55,299 bases of DNA from Methanocorpusculum sp. MCE. GTDB taxonomy: Archaea; Halobacteriota; Methanomicrobia; Methanomicrobiales; Methanocorpusculaceae. The stretch is from positions 1 to 55,299 of the forward strand of contig NIZU01000014.1 in the NCBI GenBank assembly GCA_003315675.1. The letters are read 5' to 3'. Numbering within the stretch: the stretch's first letter is position 1; each line of letters opens with the position of its first letter. Made by a program: the position numbers and the translations under genes. Positions 51,271-55,299 of this stretch are shown piece by piece. A model generated the notes under the pieces. The model was not told where the DNA came from and ran no database searches. It saw only the letters and a list, made by a program, of their open reading frames with translations.

Positions 51271-52377
51271 TTATACGAACAGGAGGTTCAGAATGCACAT
51301 GGCTACGATTTGAAACAGCCAGACTGCAATGCCGAACGGAAGCAGAATTTTGCCGGTGGAAAGCGGGTCTTTCAGATTAAGCGACAGGCCAACACCCGCC
51401 ATTGCGATCGTCAGGATCGTCACGGAAATATGTGTGATGACTGCCTGGATCGCTTTTCCCGGATCATAAACGAAATAAATCACCAGACTCATCAAAGCAG
51501 CCATTATAACGAACAAGATTAAAAATCCCTGGATTTTGGCTTTTTCCGTAGGACATGACCCGCTCGCCTGTTTCATTTGACGTCTGCAGTAAATACACCC
51601 AAACACGGTTGCAACTACGACGAGCATAGCAACCCGGATCATCTTATAAGCAAGCGCCAACGCCCCAACGTCAGAACCTGTGATCGAGTAATAGAGATCT
51701 GCCGCCGGGATGACATTCCCGATTTCATGCAGCGTTCCTCCGATAAAGACCTCTGCCTGCACGGGCGTCATTGAAAGAAAAGATGCGATTGCCGGGATAA
51801 CAAATACGCCAACGATTCCTAATAGGCTGATGACGCCGACCACTGCATCAACATGTTTCTTGTCGGCATTGATTACCGGAGCTACCGAAAGCGTTGCCGA
51901 AACTCCGCAAATGCCATTTCCCGTCCCGGTGAGGACGGACGCATCCCACGGAAATTTCATTCCTTTTCCAATAATCATGGCCACTGCCAGAACGCCTGCC
52001 AGCACACCAAGGATAATGATGAGACCTACAACTGATCCGGTCATCAAAACATCATAGGTAACTCTGGCACCCATCAGGATGATGGCGACACGCAGAATAT
52101 ATTTCCCGGCATATGCCCCTCCCGCTTCGAATTTTTGTAAATTGATAAAAATGCATATGATGAGGGCAAGAACAATCGGTCCGACTTTTGAAAGGAAATA
52201 AAACGCCGGATTATCGGCGAACAATTCTGCAGGAAGAATTCTAAATCCGCCGTCCCAAAGAGTGCCCCGCGTGAGGATATATGAAACGAGAGCAACTATG
52301 ATACAAACGAGAATCCCGGGAATCAAACCCAGGTGGAACCGGAAGTAATCTTTGAAATCTTCCAGATACGAGCTCAT
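51271..52377 (-). CDS. YeiH family (putative sulfate exporter) membrane protein
   Basis: LRVAIILMG, GNGICGVSA, GGTLHEIGNV, KMIRVAML, AMAGVGL. Confidence 0.88.
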   Translation of the reverse strand: MSSYLEDFKDYFRFHLGLIPGILVCIIVALVSYILTRGTLWDGGFRILPAELFADNPAFYFLSKVGPIVLALIICIFINLQKFEAGGAYAGKYILRVAIILMGARVTYDVLMTGSVVGLIIILGVLAGVLAVAMIIGKGMKFPWDASVLTGTGNGICGVSATLSVAPVINADKKHVDAVVGVISLLGIVGVFVIPAIASFLSMTPVQAEVFIGGTLHEIGNVIPAADLYYSITGSDVGALALAYKMIRVAMLVVVATVFGCIYCRRQMKQASGSCPTEKAKIQGFLILFVIMAALMSLVIYFVYDPGKAIQAVITHISVTILTIAMAGVGLSLNLKDPLSTGKILLPFGIAVWLFQIVAMCILNLLFV

Positions 52378-52485
52378 ATAGTACTATTGTACTGATGCAG
52401 GATAAGAATTTTGAAATAGGAGTTACGCGGTGTTATTTTCAATCCAATTCGGGAAAGGATATTACTGTGTGTGGATACAAGAGAT

Positions 52486-52940
52486 AAAACCAACCGCGAA
52501 TCGGCGCGAATCCGCCCTTCGGGCGAGGCGAATCGGATTTGTTGATCCTCACTCTCGCTCGTTGGGTCTAGTCGCAAACATTCTGTTTGCTCAGCTAAGA
52601 TCGCCGGCTGCGCCGTCAATCCGCTCGACCCAACGGCTCGTCCCTTCATCGGGACCGTTCGGGCAAATCCAGTCGGCGCCCCGGCGCATCCCAATGATGA
52701 TTTCCTTCTCCATCTCATCTCGAGGTGATTAGTAACTGAAGATTTTTCAAATTTAGGACTGCTCGCGGAGTCTCTTCCTCATGGGAGCCGCTGGGGCGGC
52801 GACAGGATTTGCCCGAACGATCACGATAAGGGATGAGCAAGACAGCGAAGCTGTATTGCGAAAGTGAGGATAAGCAAATCCGATTCTGGGAACAAGCCAA
52901 AGGCTTGCGGGATTCGCGCCGATTCGCGGTTGGTTTTTTT
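52486..52940. repeat. Head-to-head inverted duplication of a ~200-bp composite repeat
   Basis: 52486-52515 vs 52907-52940, 52530-52558 vs 52858-52887 and 52654-52695 vs 52780-52823 are inverted matches; B hairpins at 52574 and 52893. Confidence 0.85.
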
Positions 52941-53164
52941 CTAGTGTCAAAATGAATGCCGTACACGAAATCGATGTACGTCTCATAATTACATCAGGTA
53001 TTTTTTACAGTTGAGATCGCACCGCGTAAGTCCTCTGGAAAATGATCTTTTCATTTTTGTATATAAACCGCTTCAGTTGAAATGCTTGGGTGGTGATACC
53101 ATTCTTTTTCCATCAATCAGACTTACAGAAACACCTTATAGCACTTCTGATAATGTATAGATAT

Positions 53165-53716
53165 ATGAAAATCATCGGGTTATGCGGGTCTGCTGCTCCA
53201 AAGAGCAGTACGAAAAAACTGATCGAAGCAGCTCTCGAAGCTGCGATGGAAAAAGGAGCTGCAGTCGAGTATATCAACATTGCAAAGCTGAACTTCAAAG
53301 GATGTCTGGGCTGTAATGAATGCAAAAAAGACCAGACCAAGTTCTGCTGCTTAAAGGACGAAATGTCTGACCTTTACGCCAAACTCAACGATGCGGATGT
53401 GATCCTGCTTGGATCCCCGATTTATTTCGGAGATATAACCGGACAAAGCAAATGTTTTGTTGACCGGATGTATGCCTTCCTCGGTCCTGCCGGTTCCAAA
53501 CTTAAGAAAGGAAAGAAGGCGGCAGCACTCATTACTCAGGGTTTTGCCGACGAAACGCATTATCCGATTGCAGCTGAACATCTGACCAAAGGGTTTGTCA
53601 GCTGCGGTGCAGATATTCTGTCACCGAAATTTTTCGGCGGGCTCCACAACGCAGACGAGGTCACTGATGCGCAGCTGGCACGGGCAAGAGCATTCGGTGA
53701 AAGACTTACAGAATAA
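53165..53716 (+). CDS. Iron-sulfur flavoprotein (flavodoxin/Isf family)
   Basis: IIGLCGS, CLGCNEC...C..KDEM, GSPIYFG, FVDR. Confidence 0.9.
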   Translation: MKIIGLCGSAAPKSSTKKLIEAALEAAMEKGAAVEYINIAKLNFKGCLGCNECKKDQTKFCCLKDEMSDLYAKLNDADVILLGSPIYFGDITGQSKCFVDRMYAFLGPAGSKLKKGKKAAALITQGFADETHYPIAAEHLTKGFVSCGADILSPKFFGGLHNADEVTDAQLARARAFGERLTE

Positions 53717-53796
53717 GGAGCAACTCCTATTTTAATTTTATGAGCTGGAGCCTGTTTCCTGACATTGACCGTTGCCTCTTCTCCCCCTATCCAGCC

Positions 53797-55254
53797 TCAC
53801 CCCACCCCGCATTTTAGCCCGAGTATCGCCGTATTCAGCGCATCAAAATTGGAAAACAAACATCGGTGACCTCTCTCTTTCCCCTTCATCATCGTAACTG
53901 TCAAATTCATCAGCGAATATTTGATGAATTTTGTAGCCACATGCTTTGCTTCCGGAACCTCATATCGCACCAGAGACACAAACAGCTGTGCCAGAAACCC
54001 GATCAGAATTGCGCCGCGAATACTATTTTCCGTCCATACCCTCAGTGGTTTAATCTCGATCTCATTCTTTAGCGAATGAAAGATCTTCTCAATCGAATCC
54101 TTTTTTCGGTAGCGTTCAAGCGCTTCTGCAAGTGTCAAATTCCTGCTTGAAGTTAGGGCGAAAAATCCCCCTCTTCCAGTATTCAGCTTCTCCCGGAGAA
54201 ACGCAAGCGCCTCCTCTTCCGACATCTGCAGGAGCTTTGTCTGAACGGAATAGGTAATCTTCACCAGCGGATTTGAGATCCCAATCTTCTTCGGCAGCTT
54301 TTTGTTTCGGGAAATACACTCCTGAATCACCTCCGCCTCCATGAACTGCCGGTACACTTTCCGTGACAAAGCATCCAGATTCTGCGCCTCGAGCCCCTGC
54401 GAGAAATAGAAATAGGTTACACTGCCAGGTTTCACGATTTTGATACCATATATACCCTGTTTTTCCGTTTGCTCATCAAGATTGAGCTGAACAGGCTTCC
54501 TCTGCCAAAACGTTTTGATGATCTTATCGTCACTGGTGTTCAGTTTCTTTGCGGTCAAATAGTCATGACCGCACACCTCCACGAGCTCCAGATTTTGTTT
54601 TGATCCGGCTCCTTTATCGAAGATAACCATGGAACCTTCGGTGAGTTTTTTCTGGGATTGGAGGAAGGTTGACCGGAAATGGGTAACGTCATTCACATTT
54701 CCAGCTTTCACCGTTACGCCGATCGGTACATTGATCGGGTGAGCAAGTTCGGTGATCCCAAGAGTTATCTGCAGTTTATCTGGTCGATGATCACGACTGT
54801 AGCCGTATTTCCCCAAAGGTGAAGCACTGCCGTGAAGAACAAGACTTGTCCAGTCGAGATTTACGTCGGTGTGCTCGAACTGACAGCGGGAAAATATTCT
54901 CTCCTGGAGTCCGGAGATGATGAATGCACTGTTTTGCCCGAGCATTTCCAGAAGACGATACAGCGTTTTTCCCGTGAACGAAGGGAGATTATAGTATTCT
55001 CTGGTTTCCGGCTGCATGAGCCAGGAATGAGCTCTTTTGATGCTGAAGTTGTCGCTGAGTTTGTAGGCGGCGAGGGCTTTGATCAGGGTGGAGATGTCGA
55101 TTCCTTTCTTTTTCAGCGGGGAGAAGAGGGAGACAAGGTCAAGGGAGGTGAACATTTTTTCGCTGAGGAGGAGCGGGCCAATCGGAAAAGATATGTGGGG
55201 AGTGGGTGTAATATTGAGTGTCTCTGTGAAGCGGTTAGTTTTCATTTTGGTCAA
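53797..55254 (-). mobile_element. IS1634-family DDE transposase (start 55254 TTG or 55245 ATG)
   Basis: DWTSL, GYSRDHRPDKLQI, GNVND, IFDKG, YRKKDSIEKIFHSLK, IKPLRVW. Confidence 0.88.
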
Positions 55255-55299
55255 TTTAAATTGACGCCTGACAGGGACTAGTTTTCTCTTTTGTTGCGT

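Noticed and set aside
53750..55280. Terminal inverted repeats of the IS1634 element (cctgaca at ~53758 vs tgacaggg at ~55269)
   Set aside because: The match is too short to define ends without other copies.

Overview
This window comes from a hydrogenotrophic methanogenic archaeon. The gene set (fwdDBAC, methanogenesis marker 9, archaeal apgM, ADP-forming acetate-CoA ligase, nfnAB, hycI) and style suggest Methanomicrobiales, possibly Methanocorpusculum-like; this assignment is inference. Most of it is housekeeping genes plus tRNA-Pro(GGG), tRNA-Gly(GCC) and an IS1634-family transposase at the right end. It also holds a decaying type I-C CRISPR-Cas locus (about 10.6-19.4 kb) with divergent interference and adaptation modules, a 4-repeat mini-array and an orphan leader. 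Six of the seven cas genes carry nonsense codons or frameshifts. The most striking unexplained signal is a modular system of dispersed intergenic palindromic repeats: (A) a ~49-bp GGATATCTCCACCGCG...CCGCACC hairpin in about 10 copies with compensatory base changes; (B) GCAA-NNN-loop-NNN-TTGC mini-hairpins with covarying stems; (C) TTTCGTG/ATTCGCG tandem blocks. These modules assemble into inverted arms that bracket accessory cargo: the whole CRISPR-Cas locus (93-bp inverted core with 2 mismatches), a pentapeptide-repeat membrane gene, and short non-coding inserts. This resembles an archaeal REP/REPIN- or MITE-like cargo-carrying system, but no mobiliser is identified. A few isolated stops (fwdB, DUF447) may be sequencing errors.
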